DNA of 64,000 nucleotides from Escherichia coli (GTDB lineage Bacteria; Pseudomonadota; Gammaproteobacteria; Enterobacterales; Enterobacteriaceae): NCBI RefSeq assembly GCF_046105845.1, contig NZ_CP151004.1; one strand, 5' to 3'. Shown piece by piece: positions 54,594 to 64,000 of this stretch (position 1 is its first letter; each line of letters starts with the position of its first letter). The notes under the pieces were generated by a model. It saw only the letters and a program-made list of their open reading frames with translations, ran no database searches and was not told where the DNA came from. The position numbers and the translations under genes were made by a program.

Positions 54594-57266
54594 CTACAGC
54601 AAGCTCTTGACATAACTGTCAATGTCGCTGATGTATTTTTCTATTCCTGAAACATCCTTCTCACGAATCAGATGTTCCAGCGTTTCACATAACTGCTTGC
54701 CGGGTACCAGATTTAGCATGGCAAATACGCCTTTAAGACGATGAGCCGTTTGGGCTAACGCAGCAAAGTCACTGGTTGCTGCTTCAGTATACAGCCTCTT
54801 AACATCATCCGGTACTGTGTCTACAAAGAGCGCATAATAGCCGCTGGCATGGAGTTGCGCATTTTCATCTCCGCCCAGAGGCGATTCTGTCACCTCTTCC
54901 TGCGCCAGTTGCACTTCAATTAATTGTAAGACCGCTTCCTGCATAGCGTTGCTCATATTGAAGTTGACGCACAATTGACCAGGCCCAATTTCCCGTACGC
55001 CAGACTCATCATCGCTTAAAAGCAAGCCAGAGGCAGTAAGATTAGACGGATTATCCGTTAAAAAGATATCATAATCTTGACTAATTAATCTTTCATCGGG
55101 TGTGATACAGGTTGCACCCCAATTTTCTAACTGGCGAGTGACAATATTCCGAATTTCTGCCGAAGTAACATCCACCATTACGCAGACATCATCCAGTAAT
55201 CGCTCTTCTTCCTCTTCAACTTCCGGGTCAGCTGCGAGCATTTTGATATGCACAGAGTAGCGTGTACCAAGCCCATCCCGCGTTTTGATGTTTAAATGAC
55301 CGCCCAGTTTACGCGCCAGTTGATCGCTCAGCCAGAATGCCAGCGGGTCCGCCTTGCCATAGCGATCGTTTTGGGTCTGGTTGATAAACGGGAAGTGCAA
55401 ATTATCCATTTCATGAATGCTTACGCCTTCTCCGGTGTCCAGAATGCGGAACGTCAGGCGGTCTTCGGAGGACTCATCCTGATCAACCTCAAGGGTGATT
55501 TTTCCCAATTGCGTTGAGGTCACGGCATATTGCATCAGTAACAGCAAAATACGTCGTAAGGCATCGCGATCGCCGCGGCGCATATCGTGTGCTTTCAGAT
55601 GATTGTTAATCAGCAGTTGCAGACCTTTACGCTTGATGGCAGGCAACACTGAAGGCACAACTTCATCAATCAAATCCTGCACGGAGAACAGCACCGTCTC
55701 ACTTTTCCAGCTATCGTCCGCAAGCATGTTCGCTAACTGTATTTCATCGACCAGCCGCACCAGCACATCAGCCTGATTCGCCAGTTGTTTGCTTTCCGGG
55801 GCGTTGAGTTTAGCCGCGCTCTCCGCCAGGGACTGTGCGGGTTCTTTCAGCGCATCGCCAATGTTTTTCATAAAGGTCATCCGCCCCTGCTGGTTTTTCT
55901 CATACAGACGCTGCGCCTGCTTGAGTTTCTTGTTTACCAGCACTTCGCGATCCTGATCGCGAATAATGAAAATTTGTGTGCGCGGCGCGACCTGGCTGCG
56001 GAACATGCGGATCTCATACAGCTCGTTATTGATCGTCGCCTGAATAATCCCCTGATGCTGTTCCGCCATGGTGGTGATGTTTTGCAGATTCAAATGCGGC
56101 AGCAAATGATCGGCAATTTTGTTACTTATGACAGTGCGGTTCGATTCCTGATCGTGAACCAGCAGGCCGAGCGGCAGCAGTGAGACTATCTCTTCATTGA
56201 TTGCCCGTAAAATGCGCAATTCGTTATTGACCGCCGAGCTGGGGACGTTTTCTGTACTGCGGCTGGAGAAATGGCGGAATGTGGTATAGCCAAATAACGC
56301 CAGCGCCAGCAAACCGATATTCAGCAGCAGTGGCAGCAGAATGTTTTGCAACGTATCCAGCAATAAGGTGCCATAAGGAACCTGCCAGACCAGGCGCATA
56401 TCGGTAGAGTTGAGTGCCGAGGAGATTTCAATCTTCGTACTGTTAAAGTGGATACTGACGCTATCCGTCCCTTCTTTCTCATTATCATTGTTTCCCGTTG
56501 CCGTCGCGTCTGGCTCAAGGCGGAAACTGTCCAGCGGCATACCCGGTGGGATCAAATCATTAATCGGCAGATCAAAAGCCACGACCGTTGCCAGATGTCC
56601 CGGCTGGTTGAACGTGGTACGCAAGGTAAAGTAATGACCGTTCTGCCAGGCCAGGCGGCGCATGTTAGAAAAGCTTTCGCGTTCATCGAGGGCGTTGGCC
56701 TGTTGCAACATCTCTGCACGACGTGAATCAACAATGTCGCTGACGGTCGATTCTTTAAATCCGGAGGTGAGATCTTTAAGGGGCAGGGTTGAGATCAGCA
56801 CCAGACTGTTATCCTGACCATTCAGGTAATACATCGACCACGGTACATTTTCTGCGCCCCACAATGTGTCCAGATAGGTGGACATCCGTTGAGTCATCTC
56901 AAGCGTTGAGTTGTCGTGAGAGCCAAAGATTAACGCTTCCGTTTTGCGGCGTGGTTTCTCCAGATAGTAGACATCCTGTTTCAGGCGCGTCTCTTGTAAA
57001 CCTTCGCCGGAGGAGGGGGAGGTCGTCGCGGCAATGTTGTCGTAGATCTGCCAGGTCACGTAACGCCAGGTATCGACGCGCTTTTGGATAGCGTGGGTAA
57101 TGTCGACAATCTGGTAACTTTTATCTTTCAGCCAGGCGTTAACGGCGCTTTGTACCATTACCCCCATCGTCACCAGTAACACAATGATCAACAGTAAAAA
57201 GAAGCGGGTAATGCTCCCCGGTAGGAGTGAAAAGCGGGTCGTGGCCGTTGTCTCTTTCTGACGCAT
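54594..57266 (-). CDS. rcsD: Phosphotransfer intermediate protein RcsD
   Basis: 890 aa; membrane-anchored with a C-terminal HPt domain; directly upstream of rcsB. Confidence 0.93.
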   Translation of the reverse strand: MRQKETTATTRFSLLPGSITRFFLLLIIVLLVTMGVMVQSAVNAWLKDKSYQIVDITHAIQKRVDTWRYVTWQIYDNIAATTSPSSGEGLQETRLKQDVYYLEKPRRKTEALIFGSHDNSTLEMTQRMSTYLDTLWGAENVPWSMYYLNGQDNSLVLISTLPLKDLTSGFKESTVSDIVDSRRAEMLQQANALDERESFSNMRRLAWQNGHYFTLRTTFNQPGHLATVVAFDLPINDLIPPGMPLDSFRLEPDATATGNNDNEKEGTDSVSIHFNSTKIEISSALNSTDMRLVWQVPYGTLLLDTLQNILLPLLLNIGLLALALFGYTTFRHFSSRSTENVPSSAVNNELRILRAINEEIVSLLPLGLLVHDQESNRTVISNKIADHLLPHLNLQNITTMAEQHQGIIQATINNELYEIRMFRSQVAPRTQIFIIRDQDREVLVNKKLKQAQRLYEKNQQGRMTFMKNIGDALKEPAQSLAESAAKLNAPESKQLANQADVLVRLVDEIQLANMLADDSWKSETVLFSVQDLIDEVVPSVLPAIKRKGLQLLINNHLKAHDMRRGDRDALRRILLLLMQYAVTSTQLGKITLEVDQDESSEDRLTFRILDTGEGVSIHEMDNLHFPFINQTQNDRYGKADPLAFWLSDQLARKLGGHLNIKTRDGLGTRYSVHIKMLAADPEVEEEEERLLDDVCVMVDVTSAEIRNIVTRQLENWGATCITPDERLISQDYDIFLTDNPSNLTASGLLLSDDESGVREIGPGQLCVNFNMSNAMQEAVLQLIEVQLAQEEVTESPLGGDENAQLHASGYYALFVDTVPDDVKRLYTEAATSDFAALAQTAHRLKGVFAMLNLVPGKQLCETLEHLIREKDVSGIEKYISDIDSYVKSLL

Positions 57267-57577
57267 TCGTGTTTATGACCTGTTAAAACTTCGCGAAGTG
57301 ATAGGGCAGTATAAAGGGTACAGTGTGAAATTCCAGACTCTTACCTGATTGATGATTTTCTATTCTCCCGTGATATTTATCATCCTGCATTGGGGGAAAT
57401 AGATGTACAAGCGCCATTTTGCTGTACAAATAACCTACAAAAAGCCCAACGAAATTAATTGCAAATAAACGAAGATTGCTGGAAATTATGCTGATGTTAA
57501 TTATTTGTGAAATAGTTAACAAGCGTTATAGTTTTTCTGTGGTAGCACAGAATAATGAAAAGTGTGTAAAGAAGGGT

Positions 57578-57670
57578 AAAAAAAACCGGATGCGAGGCAT
57601 CCGGTTGAAATAGGGGTAAACAGACATTCAGAAATGAATGACGGTAATAAATAAAGTTAATGATGATAGC
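57578..57670 (-). ncRNA. micF: MicF antisense small RNA
   Basis: Minus strand reads GCTATCATCATTAACTTTATTTATTACCGTCATTCATTTCTGAATGTCTGTTTACCCCTATTTCAACCGGATGCCTCGCATCCGGTTTTTTTT, matching the micF sequence I recall, with a 3' hairpin and U-run; divergent from ompC. Confidence 0.85.
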
Positions 57671-57825
57671 GGGAGTTATTCTAGTTGCGAGTGAAGGTTT
57701 TGTTTTGACATTCAGTGCTGTCAAATACTTAAGAATAAGTTATTGATTTTAACCTTGAATTATTATTGCTTGATGTTAGGTGCTTATTTCGCCATTCCGC
57801 AATAATCTTAAAAAGTTCCCTTAAA

Positions 57826-57896
57826 TTTACATTTTGAAACATCTATAACGATAAATGAAACATCTTAAAAGTTTTAGTATCATATTCGTGTTGGAT
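57826..57896 (+). promoter_or_regulatory. OmpR-binding region (C1-C3) and ompC promoter
   Basis: TTTACATTTTGAAACATCTA and two further related direct repeats, immediately upstream of a -35/-10 pair (TTGGAT...GAGAAT) about 80 nt before the ompC ATG. Confidence 0.6.
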
Positions 57897-57989
57897 TATT
57901 CTGCATTTTTGGGGAGAATGGACTTGCCGACTGATTAATGAGGGTTAATCAGTATGCAGTGGCATAAAAAAGCAAATAAAGGCATATAA

Positions 57990-59132
<1,143 letters not shown>

Positions 59133-59153
59133 TCTCGATTGATATCGAACAAA

Positions 59154-59174
59154 GGGCCTGCGGGCCCTTTTTTC
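59154..59174 (+). terminator. Rho-independent terminator of ompC
   Basis: GGGCC-TGCG-GGCCC hairpin followed by TTTTTT. Confidence 0.75.
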
Positions 59175-59243
59175 ATTGTTTTCAGCGTACAAACACAGTT
59201 TTTTGGTGTACTCTTGCGACCGTTCGCATGAGGATAATCACGT

Positions 59244-60299
59244 ATGGAAATAAGCTTTACCCGCGTGGCACTGCTGGCTGCCGCGCTCTTCTTTGTTGGT
59301 TGCGATCAAAAACCACAACCCGCCAAAACCCACGCTACTGAAGTTACCGTTCTTGAAGGCAAAACCATGGGTACCTTCTGGCGTGCCAGCATCCCGGGCA
59401 TTGACGCCAAACGCAGTGCCGAACTTAAAGAAAAGATTCAGACCCAACTGGACGCCGACGATCAGCTGCTTTCGACCTATAAAAAAGATTCCGCGCTGAT
59501 GCGCTTTAACGACTCGCAAAGTTTGTCGCCGTGGCCAGTAAGTGAAGCGATGGCCGATATCGTCACCACCTCGCTACGCATTGGCGCGAAGACCGATGGC
59601 GCGATGGATATAACCGTCGGGCCGCTGGTGAATCTGTGGGGCTTTGGCCCGGAACAACAGCCGGTTCAAATTCCGAGCCAGGAACAGATCGATGCGATGA
59701 AAGCCAAAACCGGCTTACAGCACCTGACGGTCATTAATCAGTCGCATCAGCAATATCTGCAAAAAGACCTGCCGGATTTATATGTCGATCTCTCTACCGT
59801 CGGTGAAGGTTATGCGGCGGATCACCTGGCTCGCTTGATGGAGCAGGAAGGGATTTCCCGCTATCTGGTATCGGTGGGAGGTGCGCTGGACAGCCGTGGT
59901 ATGAACGGTGAAGGCCAGCCGTGGCGGGTAGCGATTCAAAAACCAACCGATAAAGAAAACGCGGTTCAGGCTGTGGTGGATATCAACGGTCATGGCATTA
60001 GCACCTCTGGCAGCTACCGTAACTATTACGAACTGGACGGCAAACGCCTTTCCCATGTTATCGATCCGCAAACCGGGCGTCCCATCGAACACAATCTGGT
60101 ATCCGTGACGGTGATTGCCCCGACGGCGCTGGAAGCCGATGCCTGGGATACTGGCTTGATGGTGCTGGGGCCGGAGAAAGCCAAAGAGGTTGTTCGCCGG
60201 GAAGGGCTGGCGGTTTATATGATCACCAAAGAGGGCGATAATTTTAAAACCTGGATGTCGCCGCAGTTTAAAAGCTTCCTTATCAGCGAAAAAAATTAA
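59244..60299 (+). CDS. apbE: FAD:protein FMN transferase (lipoprotein)
   Basis: 351 aa; lipobox LFFVGC at the N-terminus. Confidence 0.92.
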   Translation: MEISFTRVALLAAALFFVGCDQKPQPAKTHATEVTVLEGKTMGTFWRASIPGIDAKRSAELKEKIQTQLDADDQLLSTYKKDSALMRFNDSQSLSPWPVSEAMADIVTTSLRIGAKTDGAMDITVGPLVNLWGFGPEQQPVQIPSQEQIDAMKAKTGLQHLTVINQSHQQYLQKDLPDLYVDLSTVGEGYAADHLARLMEQEGISRYLVSVGGALDSRGMNGEGQPWRVAIQKPTDKENAVQAVVDINGHGISTSGSYRNYYELDGKRLSHVIDPQTGRPIEHNLVSVTVIAPTALEADAWDTGLMVLGPEKAKEVVRREGLAVYMITKEGDNFKTWMSPQFKSFLISEKN

Positions 60300-60372
60300 A
60301 GCGCAAGATTGTTGGTTTTTGCGTGATGGTGACCGGGCAGACTAAAGGCTATCCTTAACCAGGGAGCTGATT

Positions 60373-61437
60373 ATGAAAAACGCCACATGCTTAACTGACG
60401 ATCAACGCTGGCAATCTGTCTTAGCCCGCGACCCGAATGCCGACGGCGAATTCGTTTTCGCCGTGCGCACCACAGGCATCTTTTGCCGTCCGTCTTGCCG
60501 CGCCAGACATGCCTTGCGGGAAAATGTCTCCTTCTACGCAAATGCCAGCGAGGCACTCACCGCCGGATTTCGCCCCTGCAAACGCTGCCAACCCGATAAA
60601 GCCAATGCCCAGCAACATCGGTTGGATAAAATCACCCACGCCTGCCGACTTCTGGAACAGGAAACGCCTGTAACGCTGGGAGCCTTAGCCGATCAGGTGG
60701 CGATGAGTCCGTTCCATCTGCATAGGTTGTTTAAAGCGACTACCGGAATGACGCCTAAAGCCTGGCAACAGGCCTGGCGCGCTCGCCGTTTGCGTGAATC
60801 GCTGGCGAAAGGGGAGAGCGTGACGAGGTCTATTCTTAACGCCGGATTCCCCGACAGCAGCAGTTACTACCGCAAAGCTGACGAAACGCTGGGCATGACG
60901 GCTAAACAATTTCGTCACGGTGGCGAAAATCTGGCGGTGCATTACGCGCTGGCTGATTGTGAGCTGGGCCGGTGCCTGGTGGCAGAAAGCGAGCGGGGGA
61001 TTTGCGCGATATTACTGGGCGATGATGACGGGACATTAATCAGCGAGTTGCAGCAGATGTTTCCCGCTGCCAACAACGCGCCTGCCGATTTGACGTTTCA
61101 ACAACATGTGCGTGAAGTGATCGCCAGCCTCAATCAACGCGATACGCCGCTGACGTTACCGCTGGACATTCGCGGCACTGCTTTTCAGCAACAAGTCTGG
61201 CAGGCACTGCGCACGATACCTTGCGGTGAAACCGTCAGTTATCAGCAACTGGCTAACGCCATCGGCAAACCGAAAGCGGTACGGGCCGTTGCCAGCGCCT
61301 GTGCCGCCAACAAGCTCGCTATCGTTATACCTTGTCATCGGGTGGTCCGTGGTGATGGAGCGCTTTCCGGTTACCGCTGGGGCGAGTCGCGTAAAGCGCA
61401 ACTGCTGCGCCGCGAAGCTGAGAATGAGGAGAGGTAA
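60373..61437 (+). CDS. ada: Bifunctional transcriptional activator / O6-methylguanine-DNA methyltransferase Ada
   Basis: 354 aa; N-terminal Cys4 zinc site (CRPSCRARH ... CKRC), AraC-type HTH, C-terminal acceptor motif PCHRV. Confidence 0.95.
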   Translation: MKNATCLTDDQRWQSVLARDPNADGEFVFAVRTTGIFCRPSCRARHALRENVSFYANASEALTAGFRPCKRCQPDKANAQQHRLDKITHACRLLEQETPVTLGALADQVAMSPFHLHRLFKATTGMTPKAWQQAWRARRLRESLAKGESVTRSILNAGFPDSSSYYRKADETLGMTAKQFRHGGENLAVHYALADCELGRCLVAESERGICAILLGDDDGTLISELQQMFPAANNAPADLTFQQHVREVIASLNQRDTPLTLPLDIRGTAFQQQVWQALRTIPCGETVSYQQLANAIGKPKAVRAVASACAANKLAIVIPCHRVVRGDGALSGYRWGESRKAQLLRREAENEER

Positions 61438-62087
61438 TGTTGGATCTGTTTGCCGATGCTGAACCGTGGCAAGAGCCACTGGCGGCTGGTGCGGTAATTT
61501 TACGGCGTTTTGCTTTTAACGCTGCGGAGCAACTGATCCGCGATATTAATGACGTTGCCAGCCAGTCGCCGTTTCGCCAGATGGTTACCCCCGGGGGATA
61601 TACCATGTCGGTGGCGATGACCAACTGTGGGCATCTGGGCTGGACGACCCATCGGCAAGGTTATCTCTATTCGCCCATTGATCCGCAAACAAATAAACCG
61701 TGGCCCGCCATGCCGCAGAGTTTTCATAATTTATGTCAACGTGCGGCTACGGCGGCGGGCTATCCAGATTTCCAGCCAGATGCTTGTCTTATCAACCGCT
61801 ACGCTCCTGGCGCGAAACTGTCGCTGCATCAGGATAAAGACGAACCGGATCTGCGCGCGCCGATTGTTTCTGTTTCTCTGGGCTTACCCGCGATTTTTCA
61901 ATTTGGCGGCCTGAAACGAAATGATCCGCTAAAACGTTTGTTGTTGGAACATGGCGATGTGGTGGTATGGGGCGGTGAATCGCGGCTGTTTTATCATGGC
62001 ATTCAACCGTTGAAAGCGGGGTTTCATCCACTCACCACCGACTGCCGCTACAACCTGACATTCCGTCAGGCAGGTAAAAAAGAATAA
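61437..62087 (+). CDS. alkB: Fe(II)/2-oxoglutarate-dependent DNA/RNA demethylase
   Basis: 216 aa; HxD...H iron ligands (LHQDKD ... H in the HGIQP region); ATG overlaps the ada TAA by 1 nt. Confidence 0.95.
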   Translation: MLDLFADAEPWQEPLAAGAVILRRFAFNAAEQLIRDINDVASQSPFRQMVTPGGYTMSVAMTNCGHLGWTTHRQGYLYSPIDPQTNKPWPAMPQSFHNLCQRAATAAGYPDFQPDACLINRYAPGAKLSLHQDKDEPDLRAPIVSVSLGLPAIFQFGGLKRNDPLKRLLLEHGDVVVWGGESRLFYHGIQPLKAGFHPLTTDCRYNLTFRQAGKKE

Positions 62088-62162
62088 AAATAAGAATTAT
62101 TATTGCTGTGCGCGCGAAGATGTTTAAACTGCGGGCTGTAATTCATTGTCCGGGTTTTCTGC

Positions 62163-63806
62163 ATGGAACTTCTTGTACTTGTCTGGCGGCAGTATCGCTG
62201 GCCATTTATCAGTGTGATGGCGCTAAGCCTCGCCAGTGCGGCATTAGGCATTGGCTTAATTGCTTTTATCAATCAGCGCCTTATCGAAACGGCGGATACC
62301 AGTCTGCTGGTGTTGCCGGAGTTTCTGGGATTATTGCTGCTGTTGATGGCAGTCACTCTCGGATCGCAACTGGCGCTCACCACTTTAGGACATCACTTCG
62401 TTTACCGACTGCGTAGTGAATTTATCAAGCGAATTCTCGATACCCACGTCGAGCGCATTGAACAACTTGGTAGCGCCTCGTTGTTGGCGGGGTTAACCAG
62501 CGATGTGCGCAATATCACCATTGCTTTTGTGCGTCTGCCGGAACTGGTGCAGGGGATCATCCTCACTATCGGTTCCGCGGCGTACTTGTGGATGCTGTCG
62601 GGCAAAATGTTGCTGGTAACGGCTATCTGGATGGCAGTCACCATCTGGGGCGGTTTTGTGCTGGTGGCGCGGGTTTACAAACATATGGCGACCCTGCGTG
62701 AAACCGAAGACAAGCTGTACACGGATTTTCAAACCGTACTCGAAGGGCGCAAAGAGCTGACTCTGAACCGTGAACGCGCCGAGTATGTGTTTAACAACCT
62801 CTACATTCCTGATGCGCAAGAGTATCGCCATCATATTATCCGCGCAGACACCTTCCATCTTAGTGCCGTGAACTGGTCAAACATCATGATGCTGGGCGCT
62901 ATCGGCCTGGTGTTCTGGATGGCGAACAGTCTCGGTTGGGCTGATACCAACGTTGCCGCGACCTATTCGTTGACGCTGTTATTCCTGCGTACGCCGCTGC
63001 TTTCGGCGGTTGGCGCATTACCGACGCTGCTGACGGCGCAGGTGGCGTTTAACAAGCTGAACAAATTCGCGCTCGCGCCTTTCAAAGCAGAGTTTCCGCG
63101 CCCGCAGGCGTTTCCCAACTGGCAAACGCTGGAGCTGCGTAACGTGACGTTTGCTTATCAGGATAACGCGTTTTCCGTTGGTCCGATTAATCTCACCATC
63201 AAACGTGGCGAGCTGCTGTTTCTGATTGGTGGCAACGGTAGTGGAAAATCGACGCTGGCGATGTTGCTGACGGGCTTGTATCAGCCACAAAGCGGCGAAA
63301 TCTTGCTGGATGACAACCCTGTCAGCGGCGAACAACCGGAAGATTATCGCAAACTGTTTTCGGCAGTGTTTACCGATGTCTGGCTGTTTGATCAACTGCT
63401 GGGGCCGGAGGGGCAACCCGCTAACCCGCAACTGGTTGAGAAGTGGCTGGCGCAGCTGAAAATGGCTCATAAGCTTGAGTTAAGTAACGGGCGTATTGTT
63501 AACCTGAAGTTATCGAAAGGGCAGAAAAAACGCGTGGCGCTGTTGCTGGCGCTGGCAGAAGAACGCGATATTATCCTGCTGGATGAATGGGCGGCGGATC
63601 AGGATCCACACTTCCGTCGTGAGTTTTATCAGGTGTTGCTGCCGCTGATGCAGGAGATGGGTAAAACTATTTTCGCCATCAGTCATGATGATCATTACTT
63701 TATCCACGCCGACCGCCTGCTGGAAATGCGCAACGGGCAACTTAGCGAGCTGACAGGCGAAGAGCGCGATGCTGCTTCGCGTGATGCCGTTGCCCGGACG
63801 GCATAA
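62163..63806 (+). CDS. yojI: ABC transporter, fused permease/ATPase (microcin J25 efflux type)
   Basis: 547 aa; N-terminal TM domain; Walker [13 protein letters not shown] signature LSKGQKKR; Walker B ILLLDE. Confidence 0.92.
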   Translation: MELLVLVWRQYRWPFISVMALSLASAALGIGLIAFINQRLIETADTSLLVLPEFLGLLLLLMAVTLGSQLALTTLGHHFVYRLRSEFIKRILDTHVERIEQLGSASLLAGLTSDVRNITIAFVRLPELVQGIILTIGSAAYLWMLSGKMLLVTAIWMAVTIWGGFVLVARVYKHMATLRETEDKLYTDFQTVLEGRKELTLNRERAEYVFNNLYIPDAQEYRHHIIRADTFHLSAVNWSNIMMLGAIGLVFWMANSLGWADTNVAATYSLTLLFLRTPLLSAVGALPTLLTAQVAFNKLNKFALAPFKAEFPRPQAFPNWQTLELRNVTFAYQDNAFSVGPINLTIKRGELLFLIGGNGSGKSTLAMLLTGLYQPQSGEILLDDNPVSGEQPEDYRKLFSAVFTDVWLFDQLLGPEGQPANPQLVEKWLAQLKMAHKLELSNGRIVNLKLSKGQKKRVALLLALAEERDIILLDEWAADQDPHFRREFYQVLLPLMQEMGKTIFAISHDDHYFIHADRLLEMRNGQLSELTGEERDAASRDAVARTA

Positions 63807-64000
63807 TATTACGACGCTGACCTGGCGGACTGCTGTCGCCAGGTCAATATGCTAAAAATCCCTTCATTTCTAATAACCCTATAATTAATCAACGAAACTA
63901 TAATGTTTCTAAAATTAGAATATAATTTATAAACATTATTTAAATGTTGTTACTTAAGTGTTACCGTTGATGCCGCGCAAATCTCACCTGCAATAAAGCG

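Overview
This window is a collinear Escherichia coli chromosomal segment, in inverted orientation relative to the K-12 map as I recall it, running from arnC (truncated at the left edge) to yojI. It carries arnCB/ais, nudI, yfaZ, yfaY, the rhmRDTA L-rhamnonate locus, rpnB(yfaD), glpACB/glpTQ, inaA, yfaE-nrdBA, yfaL, ubiG, gyrA, the yfaA-yfaT-yfaS-yfaQ-yfaP alpha-2-macroglobulin-like operon, atoBEAD/atoCS, rcsC/rcsB/rcsD, micF, ompC, apbE, ada-alkB and yojI. Nearly all long ORFs are housekeeping genes, recognised from their protein sequences and catalytic motifs. No rRNA, tRNA, CRISPR array, IS element or prophage is visible. The part that does not look like ordinary core genome is about 4 kb between glpQ and inaA (17407..21463): a strongly AT-rich 356-codon ORF with no motif I can recognise, beside a LysR-family regulator and a divergent MFS transporter. 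Other points worth a second look are an internal, Shine-Dalgarno-preceded small ORF inside the 3' end of rpnB (RpnS-like), an apparently intact thioester-less yfaS with its four-partner operon, a sigma54 promoter plus AtoC palindrome upstream of atoD, NrdR and DnaA boxes upstream of nrdA, a PmrA box between arnB and ais, variable OmpC loops and a wild-type gyrA QRDR. All family assignments rest on reading the translations and on recall; none was checked against a database.
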